Counted from the first letter of the whole stretch, positions 25,148 through 37,158 are shown. The stretch is DNA of 63,243 nt, filler included, from Folioceros fuciformis (GCA_049999805.1; 4 parts of 4 records of this genome joined end to end with filler, not necessarily neighbours in it), one strand, 5' to 3'. A program made the numbers and translations. The notes: generated from the sequence alone by a model not told the origin.

Positions 25148-28100
25148 CCTCATAACTCCTTTCATTGCCTCCCAATGCTTCCTGCCAGGGTTTGACATAA
25201 ACCTGCTAACCACTCCCATTGCAAAAGCAATGTCAGGACGTGTAGCAATCATTGCATACATCAAACTCCCTACAGCTGATGAGTATGCAACCTTTTCCAT
25301 TTGAGCTTGGGCAATCCTTGCTCGAAAGTTTCACATATGGAGGCAACGGAGTACTCAATACCTTCCCTTTCTCCATGTTGAAATGTTGAAGCACCCTGTT
25401 AATGTATTCAATCTGAGACAAGTAAAGCAAATGCTTCTGTCTGTCTTGACGAATACGCATGCCAAGAATATGGCTTGCCTCTCCCAAGTCTATCATGTGA
25501 AAGCGAGCATTCAACTTTGACTGCAACGCTGAAATCTCATCACTGCTTTTCCCAGCAATTAGCATATCATCCACATAGAGGACCAAAATGAGAAAGCTTC
25601 CATCCTTAGCTTGCTTCGCATAGAGGCAGTGATCTTCATCGCTACGTTTGTAGCCTTAAGAAAGCATAAATGAGTGGAACTTGTAATACCACTCCTTGGG
25701 TGCCTGTTTCAAACCATAAAGGCTCTTCTTTAATTTGCACACCAGATTCTCTTTGCCCTTCTTAATCAAACCCTCTAGTTGCTGCATGTATCCCTCTTCC
25801 TGGAGATCACCATGTAGAGATGCCGACTTCACATCCATCTGGACACGTTCCATGTCATTCCTCGCAACAAGAGCAAGAACACATCGCAAAGTGGTCATTT
25901 TGACAACTGGTGAGAAAATCTCATAAAAGTCAATACCTTTCTGTTGCTTAAAACCCTTAGCAACCAATCGTGCCTTGTACTTGGATTTGCTATAATGGGG
26001 TATGTCCTTCATCTTATACACCCATTTGCATGGCAATGCTTTCTTACGCCTAGGCAACCGAACCAACTCCCAAGTTTGGTTCTTATAGAGCGAATCCATC
26101 TGCGACTGCATCGCCTTCTCCCACTTGTCCTTATCAGTCGCTAACATGGCCTCTTGATAACAAGAGGGCTCCCCACAACTTGTCAGCATGACATAATCAA
26201 GAGATGCAACATACCTGTTAGGAGGACGTGAAATCCTTCCTGACCTACGAAGCACAGGCACCTCGACCGGAGCTGGTTGCATTCTCTTTTCTTCTACAAG
26301 TGAAGGAGCAGGTTCCTGTACATCACGACGTTCAACCTGCACAAGACGGTCAAGTCCATCCTTTTGGAAGACCACCCGTTGCACCTCCACAATTGGAGTA
26401 GGCTTCTTGTGCATCTTGGTCTCATTGAAGAACACATCACTGCTGCGAACAACCCTCTTGGCCTCTGGATCCCATAGGCGATATCCCATCTCCCCAAATT
26501 CACCATAGCGAAGAAAAATACATTTCTTGGACTTGGGTGCCAACTTGTCCCGAAACTCCTCTGGAACATGGTAGTATGCCTCGCAGCCAAACACTCATAG
26601 ATGCTTGTATGACGGCTTCTTTCCAAGCCACATCTCCTCTGGAACCTGCTCATCCACAGCCTTATTGGGAGATTTTTTAATTAGATGCACCGCAGTAACC
26701 ACTGCTTCTGCCCAAAATCCGTTAGGCAATCCAAAGTTTGACAACAAACTACGCATCCTCTCCTGGATGGTCCTGTTCATCCGTTTAGCCACACCACTAT
26801 GGGGAGGAGTATACGGGGCAACCATTCTCTCTTAATTCCCTTGGAATCACAGAATGATTGGAAAGCCTTCGAAACGTACTCTCTCCCATTGTTTATCCTT
26901 AGACACTTTAGTCGGAAGCCAAACTAATTCTCTATAAGGGTGACGAATTTCTGAAACACTGTCAGAACATCACCATTTTTCCTCAAAGGATAAACCCATA
27001 CCTTGTGTGAGAAATCATCAATAAAAGTGACAAAATAGGATGCACCGCCTAATGATACAGTGGGCATATGTCCACACACGTCACTGTGAACCAATTCAAG
27101 AGGTTTACTTTTGTGTTTACCGCTTGCTCCATATGGTGACTTCATCTGTTTCCCATACAAACAGTGCTCACACACGGAGAAATCGGAGAAGTCAAAAGCA
27201 CGGATGTAACCTAAACAAGATAAGATCTTCATTCCTTTTTGAGACATATGTCCTAACTGACAATGCCACAAGGAAACACTTGGCTATTCCGTTACACAAA
27301 TCACATGATCCTTGACAATGGTTATTAGAAGTGAGTACAAAGTGCCACACTTCGATCCATGAGCTAACACAAGAGAACCTTTAGAGATCTTCCAAGAATG
27401 ATCCCCAAACCAACAGTGGTAGCCAGCGTCATCCAATTGCCCTGCGCTAATCATGCTTTTTGTCAACTTTGGAACATGCCTAACATCCTTCAGTATGAAT
27501 GAAGATCCGTTGTCAAACATTAGCTTCACATCACCAACGCCTGCAATCTCGCATGTGTAGTTATTTCCAAGCCGAACACATCCTTTCCTAGTAGCATCAT
27601 AGGTGCTAAACCATTCCCTATGCGGAGTAACATGGAAAGATGCTCCAGAGTCAATTATCCAATTAGAGAATAAATGACTATCCATGGTTGTCAATTGTGC
27701 ATAATTGAAGGAAGAAGATATAAGAACATCTCCATCGTTAACAAAATTCACCTCGTCATGCTTGATACTCAGACTTGCCTTGTTGTCGCTCTGCTTCTCT
27801 TCCTTTCCTTTCTCCTTCTTGAACTTCTCATAGTCCCTTCTGATGTGACCATTTTTGTGACAACGGTAACACTCAACATTGTTACGACTACGAGATTTGC
27901 TACGGGAAAGACTTCGCTCCTTGTACTTCCCCTTTAATCTGGACCTTCCTCTCACCATGAGGGCATTGGAACCTTTCAAAGGTTCCATATTCTTCCTATT
28001 CACCTCTTCTGTTAACAGGCTACCTTCTACATTTACAATGGTGAGACCACTGGCAGGAGCGGAATTACTCAGAGCTGTACGAAAGGTGTCCTAACTCTTT

Positions 28101-29461
28101 GATAATGTGACCAACAGAAACATAGCTCTTACGGAATCTGGGAATGAGATACCTTGAGATGAGAGCTGGCTGAAAATGGTATTGAACTCATTCAAATGAT
28201 CGGACATCCTCGTCCCTTCCTTCATCTTCAAGTCCACCAGCTGTTTCAACCGGTACACCTGAGAAGCTGCACTTTGCTTCTCATATAGGTCACACAACTT
28301 CTGCCATAGCTCGTAATTTGTGGTCTTGTCTTTTACATTGAAGTAGACCGACTTCAACAATGTTAGCATGATGGTAGACCTAGCAAGCTCATATAGATCC
28401 TGCCACTCATCCTAAGTCATGCTAACAGGTTTCACTCCTAGCAACTTTATGGGCTTGATTTGCTTCTTCTGCACTAGAACATTATACACTTGTTCTTTCT
28501 AGAACAGGAAGTTAGTATCATCTAACTTCTTGATATTGAACATGACCTTTACTGAGGACGTCATCATTCAAAATCGATGCAAATCAAGCAAAAGGCTAGT
28601 TAGAAACTGTTGGAATGTAATGTAGATTTTGATAGTTACTCTCACACCTTGTTCTGAATCGGTTGTCCACAATTTAGGTCGACACGACAGGCCTAAATCC
28701 TCCGATCGAGATCTCTGATCCACCTCACGGCCGGGATCCTGCTAGTTCGCACTCACGTCGCCCGCGCCCCGGCGCCTGTGCCTCAGCGTCTTCGCATCGA
28801 TCACGCCTCGGTGCCCTCACTCGCGGCGTCCATGGCGCTCCGCGGCGCCCAGCGCTCGCCGCTTCGGTGCCGGCGCCAGCGCCAGCGCTCGTGGGGCCTG
28901 GCGCCCCAACGCCCGTGTCAGGTGCCTACGGAGCTCGGGGGGCCTAGCGCCCCCGAGGCACCTAGGCGACCTGACACCCCCTCCCCGGGGCGGCTGGGGG
29001 CTGGCAGCCCCTGCAGCAGGGGACCGCTGGGCTGGCGGTGCCCACGCTGGGGTCGGGCCTAGTGCCCCGCACCCGTGGCTGGTGCTTTGGCCCCCTTGGT
29101 GCCCGGTGCCCCACCTAGATGCCCATCCTCACAACCTTGCGCCTTTGTCCGCATCACCTGCAGCCAACACTATCTTACTCCACACCCACGCTTTGATATC
29201 CGTCGAAGGATCGATAGAGGAGCTACAGGGTGAAGGAGGAGAGGAGAAAGAGAGGTCTCACACTCTCACAATGTCTCTATTGCAAGGGAGCTCAAGGGGG
29301 TATTTATACCCTCTATAAGAGCTCCCAAGGAAGCTGCGCAAGAAGCTTCTTACAAATTACCTTAAGCTAATCTAAACAAATGATACTTAACTAGACACTA
29401 ATCTTAGACTAAACACATTAGTCTAAGCACATTGGGCTTTAATGACCCTACACTGTCAACA
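25148..29461 (-). mobile_element. Decayed Ty1/copia element (Tnt1/Tork-like), 3' part lost in gap
   Basis: 5' LTR ~29461-29201 (TGTTGAC..., TATAAATA); degenerate PBS GATATCAAAGC 29200-29190; gag ATG 28567; CYRCHKNGHIRRD; WIIDSGASFHV; LVHSDVCG; LYVDDML; YSSAVGSLMYAMIATRPDIA. Multiple stops and frameshifts. Confidence 0.92.
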
Positions 29462-31272
29462 AATCACAACATGATGTCTGACAAAAGGCGGAGAGTGTCA
29501 TTCATTGAGCAAGTCAGGTATCTTCGGGATGAACTTATTATAGCCAAGCAGGATGGCATGCAAATGACTATGGCATAGAAGTTCAACCTATACAAGGTAC
29601 TAGGCTTGATAGAGGATGATGTATACAAGCAAAATAAGGTGGATAATCAAATGCGCATCCTTTGCATAATGAAGGAGGAAGGCAAGGTTTGGGAGAATAT
29701 AGACAAAATATTCACCAGGTGGGAAACCAGAGAATTGCTAGAGCAAAAGAAGCATACCACAGTGGGCACCAGCAAAAAAAGGGAAGGGAAAGAGGAATCC
29801 CTTGGACGACTCAAAGCCGGTTGACTCACGATATGAGAAGCCCAAGGATATGCTGGCCAAGCCCTGGAAGTCTTTCCAAGGCATACCACCTGAACAATGT
29901 GGACAACATATATTGATCATGGCAACGGAAGAGGTGTTGGTGGGTATTATTGACTTGAAGGGTATGGACGATGACATAACGTTGCGGAAGAAATTTCACA
30001 TCATTCAAGTTGCAATGGCGAAGCATCTGGGGTGCAAGTCATTTGAGGAGGTATGGGCAGAGTATCCAAAGCACTTCACCGACGACATGCTGGTGAGGTT
30101 TCAAACGCAATTCGCTAGAAAGGTGAGTAATTTAGTTCCTGCACATTGGTAGATAGGGTTCTAGTGGCTGCACTTGGCTGAGGGCTCTGGCTGGCCAATG
30201 CCCTCCCTCACTTGCAGCTACTAATACCACAGGCTGGGCAGAGGGAAGGCCGGGCTGAGGGCGCCGGCCAACCCGGCTTTTTTAATTGCAAACTTGGCAT
30301 TGGCGCAAGGGCTTTAAATTCATATTCTCGTTTGTTGTTAATGTGTAGCAACTTAAAGATGTGGACAACTTGTCACGCTTGCTGGAAGCTTTCCAACAAT
30401 TCATTTTCAAAGTTAACAACTGGAAGGGTTTGGAGGAAGAGCAACGGGTTCTCGCCGACAAGGATTTGTAGGAAGGAATGTTCTCCTTCGCAATCCCCGG
30501 AGCTGATACTCAAGTATAGTATCAGGTGGTAAGTAAGAGTGTTATGAAGATGAAAGGATTTCTCCGACCAAGGAAATACTCCCTCCTTGTTAGGGATGTT
30601 CCAAGAGGCTATGACATGGGCCCTATGGACAAGTGTTTCGATGAGCCCATGATAAGCATAGCATTGGAAAGCTTTGTTGAGAAGATGACTTGTGATGAAT
30701 ATAGGTTAGTTGTTATGCATGGAGTGGAGGACGCCCATACAGTTAGATAGGCCCTTCAGAAATGGTGTCGGGTCAGAGGCGTGACCTCGTTTGTCTGGGA
30801 CAAGTCAAACGTGTCCAATGACAAGGGCAGATATGAGACTATGAAGTACATCATAGTGGCTTGGGGTGCAAAAGAGGGCAGTGGAAAAGATAGAGTATTC
30901 ATGCTTCTCAGAGTTTCCCATGCCCTATTCAACAGAGAGAGATCTATCATAGCCCATGACTTGGTTGTGAAGAAGCAAATCTATCTATCATAGGATAAAC
31001 GTGTCATATGCCCTTATCAGCGATCGTTGGGTCGTAGGATGAAACTTGTGCTTGCATTCTAGGAAGGAGGAGATTGGGTGGTGGATGCTTGCTCCATTAG
31101 TGAGACAACGACATTGGCAGGGCTGCTGTTGGGGAGAAATTGTATCTCAGTTGAGGCGGACTTGCAATGTGCGGCTTACATACCCCAACGGATCAATGGC
31201 CACGAGGTTCTTCTCGATGTGGAAGAGGAACTAACGTTTGATGTGCATCGTAGGGGCCCGTCCCAATTCTAG
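29462..31272 (+). pseudogene. Decayed intron-containing gene with a C-terminal beta-class DNA N6-adenine/N4-cytosine methyltransferase domain (N6_N4_Mtase-like)
   Basis: One frame 30349-31272 read through TAG stops: YSLLVRDVPRGY (motif IV, DPPY-like), FVWDK, KYIIVAW, ICPYQRSLGRRMKLVLAF*EGGDWVVDACSISETTTLAGLLLGRNCISVEAD (motifs X-I-II). A phase-0 intron 30123-30348 (AAG|GTGAGT...TGTGTAG|CAA) joins it to an upstream exon cut at the copia LTR. Confidence 0.75.
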
Positions 31273-31381
31273 GCAAGGGAAGTTTGCATTAGCAATACCA
31301 ATAGCGTGAAAGCCTAAGTCACGCCTCTCAACCGACGGAGCGCTCAACGCCCTCTCAGTACCTCCAGTGAAGTTGGGTAGA

Positions 31382-32600
31382 TGTGGGGGAGAATATTGCA
31401 CCTGGGGGTGTTGCGAGGTCCACACAAACCCTCTTTGTCGTTATAGCACTGGGATTCGATCCCAAGGGAATGATTCATGTTAAATAACATAGGTTTTCTC
31501 ACAAAGTCAATTACTACCCAGGGACAGTCTTTACTTACCTATTACTCGCCTACTTGCTGTTCAGCTACCTCGGCCTCCGTCGCGACTTGGCTACCTTGGC
31601 CCTAAACTACCTGACAGACGTACTCGGCTATTGGGGTGGGTCTCGTCAACTACCGACTCTCGGCTACCTCCGTTGTTTATCTACAACGGTCGCAGTTTCT
31701 ACTACCTCAATGGGACCCACTCTTTCTCTCTCTCTCCTCTCTCTACCCTAGGTCACTTACCTCTTCCAGTTAGGCTCAGGATTCACTTGGGGTCTCAGAG
31801 TTTCCTCACTACTGCCAGGACTCACCGCTAGACATCCACACACACCTCTTCACGTCGCCCTCTACGCATCTCATAGTCCGTTTACGTTTAAGGCCACGCA
31901 CTCCAACACCGCGCTCCCCTTGGGTCACGATCAGACACTACCACCCCCCGGTCTCACCTTCACTCTTCACCTCCAAACGACCTCCCACTAGAATCTCCCC
32001 ACGACCTTGGCTAGCAGCTCTCAGTCCACTAATATCACAATGCTCGTAGCGCTTCAGGCTATTCCCCACAACGTTCCCTACTCATGCATTTCAGTCAAGG
32101 ACTCAAATTGAGTTTCGACCACGATCCGCTCGCATCTCCATACCACACCCCGTCACTAACCCAGCGGGGTCCCACTGCTCCTTCACTTACGTCTGCTTCC
32201 ACAGCTCACTGAACACACAAACAACTAACCCATCCCCGTCTTCCAAGCACACACCCACAATTCCTCCCAGGTCACTCAGTTTCGCCAGCACTCCAGACAC
32301 CCCGCCGTCGCCTGCATCCGCGACTTCGTTCCCACACACGCAGTCCTCACAACAATGGCCACTTAGGGCCGCCTTCACATTTCACAAACATACACACGTT
32401 GACTCTCTCAGTCTCACATTCACGGCACACAGACGCTTCGCCCTCCGTCACTTCCCCATCGCCTACATCCACGACATCCTTCTCACATACTCAACTTCCA
32501 AACCATCAGCTACTCAGCCACGCACTCACATTTCTCAATCCACTCACGTCATTCAACTTCCTTCCTCCAACTCGCCCGTCCAGGGCCTTCTCCTCCTCTC
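31382..32600 (-). mobile_element. Truncated copy of the large solo-LTR-like family
   Basis: TGTGGGGGAGAATATTGCACCTGGGGG...GGTCCACACAAACCCTCTTTGTCG...GGGATTCGATCCCAAGGGAATGA matches the first ~100 bp of the element at 18201. Right end is approximate (interrupted). Confidence 0.75.
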
Positions 32601-32624
32601 TGTAATTGGGGGGAATGGTGGAAT

Positions 32625-35600
32625 TGTTAAGCATGATTAATGTTGATATTAATTAGTGTTAATCCAGCTTATTGAGTTTGTACTAATTAGTGGTAAGAGT
32701 GATTAAGGTTATGATTTATATATATAAATATATATAGCTTATTAGACTTTGCTATGTTGGGCAAAAGAAGTATTGTAGGGTTTGGTTGGGGTCATTTATC
32801 CCATATTGGGCACAAAATGAGAGTGCCACCCATAGGTCCATAAAAGAAGGGATGAACCCACTTAGTATAGGCAGTCTAACTCCCTCTTCACTTGTATTGT
32901 GTTGTTTTTGTAATTCTCCTTTTTATTTGAGTTTAAGAGCCTTGTTATAGTGCTCTTAGTTTTGGGATTCTGCATCTTGCTTCAACTAACTTGTTTTAAC
33001 CTCCTTTGAGCATGGCGGGGGTGACATCTCAACAGGTTATGGGCCCACACACCCAAGGGACCGTCACTCTACAAGTTATCTCAAAGTTTGGAGGTGACAA
33101 CTTCAACTTGTGGAAGTTCAAGATGCAAATGTTGTTGGCTGAAAAAGGCCTTTGGGGAATTGTGTCGGGGACCGAGGAGCGTCCAAATGAAGTGGAGAGA
33201 CAGCCCAAGTGGGATGAGCTTGCAGGCAAGGCCTTTGCAAATATTTGTTTCAACTTAGAAGATGCACAATTGATGCATGTGACCACTTGCAAATCAGCAA
33301 GAGAGGCTTGGTTGAAATTAGAGGCTTTGTATGAGAACAAGAGCCTTGTGAATCGCTTGTTCTTAAGGCGTAGATTCTTTTCCATTCAAATGGGTGAGAG
33401 TGATAGTGTGATTGAGCATGTAGACAAGGTGAGGAGTCTTTCCCAACAATTGGCAGTCATTGGAGCTCCTGTGACGGATGATGACCTTGTGATGACTCTT
33501 CTTGCAAGCTTGCCGGAGTCATATAACAATTTGATTGTTGCTTTAGAATCAAGAGTAGATGCTCTTACATTTGAGATTGTTGTGGGAAGACTACTCCATG
33601 AGGAGACCAAACGAAAGGAGAAGGGGAAGACATCGGAAGAATCAGCCTTTGTGACCAAGAAGATTGGCGATGGATCAGCCAACCTTGTGAAACAAACGGA
33701 GGCCTCTTCATTCACGGGGAGAAATCGTAGATCTAATCTCACTTGCAATTACTGTGGCAAGGTTGGACATTTTGCAAGGAATTGCTTCAAGAGAGATCGA
33801 GATGAGAAGACAAAGAGTCAAGGAAACTTCGTGGAAGAGTATGAGGAAGCTTTTGTGTGCACACATCATCCCTCCAAGCAAGTCGAAGAATGGTACATTG
33901 ATTCGGGAGCTACGGAGCACATGACCAATAGGCGTGAGTGGTTCCAATCTTTCAAGTCCATTGCTGCTACCAAGATCTATTTGGGTGATAATTCAATCCA
34001 AATGTGTGAGGGGGAAGGTGTTGTGGCAATGGATATGACCACACCTAACGGAGTAGTGCGTGGGATGTTGAAAAGGGTGCTATACGTACCAGGCTTGGGG
34101 AAGAACTTGTTTTCCGTGAGTGCAACCACCTCTCTAGGATTGGTAGTGAGATTTGAAGGATCTAATGTGTCTTTCACTAATGCGCACGGAGAAGTGAGGG
34201 CACAAGGAGAAAAGATTGGCAAGCTCTATTGCTTGAGTGGGAGCGTTGTCATGCCGAGGTCGAGCATCGAGGAGGCAAATGTGGTACAAAAGAACACTAA
34301 CAAGTTGCTCTTATGGCACCAAAGGCTAGGACATCTTGGCGTTCAAAACATCAAGCTCATGGATCGTAAGAAAATGGTGCAAGGACTCGATCTTGGTGAA
34401 GACGAAGACATTGGCGTTTGCAAAGGGTGTATTATGGGTAAGCAACACCGCCTTCCATTTCCAAAGCAAGGAAGTAGATCCAATCATTTGTTAGAGGTGG
34501 TGCATACAGACATCTGTGGTCCCATGAAGACCACATCCATAGGAGGTGCTAAGTATTTTCTTACCTTCACGGATGATAAGTCTAGATATACGACGGTGTA
34601 CTTTTTGAAATCCAAGGAGGCATGCTTCTCCAAATTCAAGGAGTACAAAGCATTTGTGGAGAACCAAATTGGGAGAAAGATCAAGACTCTACGAAGTGAC
34701 AATGGAGGGGAGTACATGTCCAAGGAATTTGAGATGTTTTGCAAGGAGCACGGAATTGTTCATCAATTCTCAGCACCTTATAGTCCTCAACAAAACGGAG
34801 TTGCAGAACGCAAAAATAGAACTTTGGTAGAATGTGCAAGAAGTATGTTGCACCATGGAGGATTGGGATATGAGTTTTGGGGTGAGGCTATTGCAACTGC
34901 TGTGTATCTAACAAATAGGAGTGTGACTGCATCATTGGAGGGCATCACACCCGAAGAGTGTTGGACCGGAAGGAAGCCTTCCATTGCTCATTTGCATGTC
35001 TTTGGGTGCAAGGCATTTGTGCATAAGTCCAAGGAGATAAGAACCAAGTTGGAGGCAAAGTCAGTGGAGTGTATTTTTGTAGGTTATGACTTGGAGAGAA
35101 AAGCTTTTCGATTGTATGACGAGGGAGCGAAGCGTGTCATAATTAGTAGGGATGTGATTTTTGAGGAAAATGGAGTTGCTATCACTAAGATTCCAAATGT
35201 GTCTATTGTGAATGATGATGATGACTTTACAGTGGCCCTAGAAGAAACAACAAGGGATGATGCTTCTATTGAAGAGAACAAGGGGATTTCTGATGAAGGA
35301 GAAGTAGAGGAGCAAGCACAAAGGCAAGAAACGCCTCCACCAAAGAGGTATCCGACAAGGGAGCGACGGCCACCTAAGGATTGGAGAGAAGGACCAGAGT
35401 TTGCTTCCATTGCTATGACACACGGAAGGGAACCATTGACTGTGGCTGAAGCTCTACAAGGGAAGGATTGCGAGCACTGGAAAGAAGCCATGGATGAGGA
35501 GATGAGGTCCCTTGAAGGTAATGATACGTGGATGTTGACAACATTGCCCGCAGGAAGGAATGCCATTGGGTGTAAATGGGTGTTTAGAATCAAGAGAAAT

Positions 35601-37058
35601 GCAAGTGGGAAAATTGATAGATTCAAGGCTAGGTTGGTGGTGAAGGGATACTCCCAAGAGGAGGGCATTGACTACAATGAGACATTTGCACCAGTTGCCA
35701 AGTTTGCATCCATCAGAACCTTACTTGCAGTGGGAGCAATGTATGATTTGGAGATTCATCAAATGGATGTGAAAACAGCATTTCTAAATGGGGACTTGGA
35801 GGAAGACATTTACATGGAGCAACCCCAAGGCTATGTAGTTATGGGCAAGGAGAACATGGTTTGCAAATTGAAGAAAGCTCTTTATGGATTGAAGCAGGCT
35901 CCAAGAGCTTGGTATCAAAAGATTAACTCATATCTTTTGGAGCAGGGTTTTCGGCAATGCACATCAGATGAGAGCATCTACATTTTTGAGGTCTCCCAAA
36001 GTAAGGTAATCTTAGCCATATATGTGGATGATCTTATCTTGTTGAGTCCATCTTTAAGCAGTATTGATAAAGTGAAGGAGATGTTGTCAAAGAAGTTTGA
36101 AATGAAGGACTTAGGGAACATCAACTATTGTCTTGGAATTGAAGTGCGGAGGGATAGGGCAGCACGTATCATCAGGCTTGGTCAGCAAGGGTATGTTGAG
36201 GGATTATTGGAGCGATTTGGAATGATGGATTGCAAGCCTATTGGGACCCCTCAAGACTTAGGCGTGAAGTTGTGTAAGGTTGACTACTCATCAAATGATG
36301 GGGAGGAGCATGAGATGAGTAACATCCCATATAGGGCAGCAGTTGGAAGTTTGATGTATGCCATGGTAGGAACACGTCCAGACATTGCAAAGGCAGTGGG
36401 AGTAGTGAGCCAATTTATGCAAAGCCCTGGAAAGCAACATTGGATTGCGGTGAAAAGGATCATGCGATACTTGAGAGGTACAAGTGATATGTGGTTGGAA
36501 TTCTCGGGTGGAATCAAATGCCATAATATTATTGGGTATTGTGACTCCGATTGGGGAAGTGATCTTGATGATAGAAGATCAACTACAGGATATACTTTTA
36601 TTTTAGGAGGAGGTGCCATTACCTGGAATAGTAAGAAGCAACCCACGGTGGCCATATCGACAGTTGAAGCTGAGTACATGGCATCCACACAAGCCACCAA
36701 GGAGGCCGTATGGTTGAGAAAGCTCATGGAGGAGATTGGTTATGAACAATTGCATCCGACCACTCTTAGGAGCGATAGTCAAGGAAGTATGGCCTTGATC
36801 AAGAATCCAGTGCATCATGCAAGGACAAAGCATATTGACATTCAACATCACTTTGTACGTGAGAAGGTGAAGTTATTGGAGGTTACCTTTGAATATTGCA
36901 ACACTGAGGAAATGGCTGCAGATTTCTTAACCAAGGCAGTGAGTAAGTTCAAGTTTGAGAAATGCAGGGGACTACTTGGACTGAAGCAAACTCAAGTGCG
37001 CTGAGTGGGAGTGTTAAGCATGATTAATGTTGATATTAATTAGTGTTAATCCAGCTTA
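32625..37058 (+). mobile_element. Intact, young Ty1/copia LTR retrotransposon (3' LTR runs into gap)
   Basis: 5' LTR 32625-33034 (TG...CA); PBS GGTTATGGGCCCA 33035-33047; PPT GAGTGGGAG 37003-37011; 3' LTR from 37012 is identical to the 5' LTR over all 47 visible bp. Confidence 0.96.
33012..37004 (+). CDS. Copia gag-pol polyprotein, uninterrupted (~1330 aa)
   Basis: Gag KFGGDNFNLWKFKM; CNYCGKVGHFARNC; protease WYIDSGATEHM; LWHQRLGH/CKGC; integrase VHTDICGP, RSDNGGEY, NGVAERKNRT; RT IYVDDLI; RNase H YCDSDW, EAEY, ADFLTK. Confidence 0.97.
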   Translation: MAGVTSQQVMGPHTQGTVTLQVISKFGGDNFNLWKFKMQMLLAEKGLWGIVSGTEERPNEVERQPKWDELAGKAFANICFNLEDAQLMHVTTCKSAREAWLKLEALYENKSLVNRLFLRRRFFSIQMGESDSVIEHVDKVRSLSQQLAVIGAPVTDDDLVMTLLASLPESYNNLIVALESRVDALTFEIVVGRLLHEETKRKEKGKTSEESAFVTKKIGDGSANLVKQTEASSFTGRNRRSNLTCNYCGKVGHFARNCFKRDRDEKTKSQGNFVEEYEEAFVCTHHPSKQVEEWYIDSGATEHMTNRREWFQSFKSIAATKIYLGDNSIQMCEGEGVVAMDMTTPNGVVRGMLKRVLYVPGLGKNLFSVSATTSLGLVVRFEGSNVSFTNAHGEVRAQGEKIGKLYCLSGSVVMPRSSIEEANVVQKNTNKLLLWHQRLGHLGVQNIKLMDRKKMVQGLDLGEDEDIGVCKGCIMGKQHRLPFPKQGSRSNHLLEVVHTDICGPMKTTSIGGAKYFLTFTDDKSRYTTVYFLKSKEACFSKFKEYKAFVENQIGRKIKTLRSDNGGEYMSKEFEMFCKEHGIVHQFSAPYSPQQNGVAERKNRTLVECARSMLHHGGLGYEFWGEAIATAVYLTNRSVTASLEGITPEECWTGRKPSIAHLHVFGCKAFVHKSKEIRTKLEAKSVECIFVGYDLERKAFRLYDEGAKRVIISRDVIFEENGVAITKIPNVSIVNDDDDFTVALEETTRDDASIEENKGISDEGEVEEQAQRQETPPPKRYPTRERRPPKDWREGPEFASIAMTHGREPLTVAEALQGKDCEHWKEAMDEEMRSLEGNDTWMLTTLPAGRNAIGCKWVFRIKRNASGKIDRFKARLVVKGYSQEEGIDYNETFAPVAKFASIRTLLAVGAMYDLEIHQMDVKTAFLNGDLEEDIYMEQPQGYVVMGKENMVCKLKKALYGLKQAPRAWYQKINSYLLEQGFRQCTSDESIYIFEVSQSKVILAIYVDDLILLSPSLSSIDKVKEMLSKKFEMKDLGNINYCLGIEVRRDRAARIIRLGQQGYVEGLLERFGMMDCKPIGTPQDLGVKLCKVDYSSNDGEEHEMSNIPYRAAVGSLMYAMVGTRPDIAKAVGVVSQFMQSPGKQHWIAVKRIMRYLRGTSDMWLEFSGGIKCHNIIGYCDSDWGSDLDDRRSTTGYTFILGGGAITWNSKKQPTVAISTVEAEYMASTQATKEAVWLRKLMEEIGYEQLHPTTLRSDSQGSMALIKNPVHHARTKHIDIQHHFVREKVKLLEVTFEYCNTEEMAADFLTKAVSKFKFEKCRGLLGLKQTQVR

Positions 37059-37158
37059 NNNNNNNNNNNNNNNNNNNNNNNNNNNNNNNNNNNNNNNNNN
37101 NNTTAATTAATTAANNNNNNNNNNNNNNNNNNNNNNNNNNNNNNNNNNNNNNNNNNNN
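37059..37158. other. Assembly join: N-gap with TTAATTAATTAA linker
   Basis: 100-bp N run with a central linker. Confidence 0.97.
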
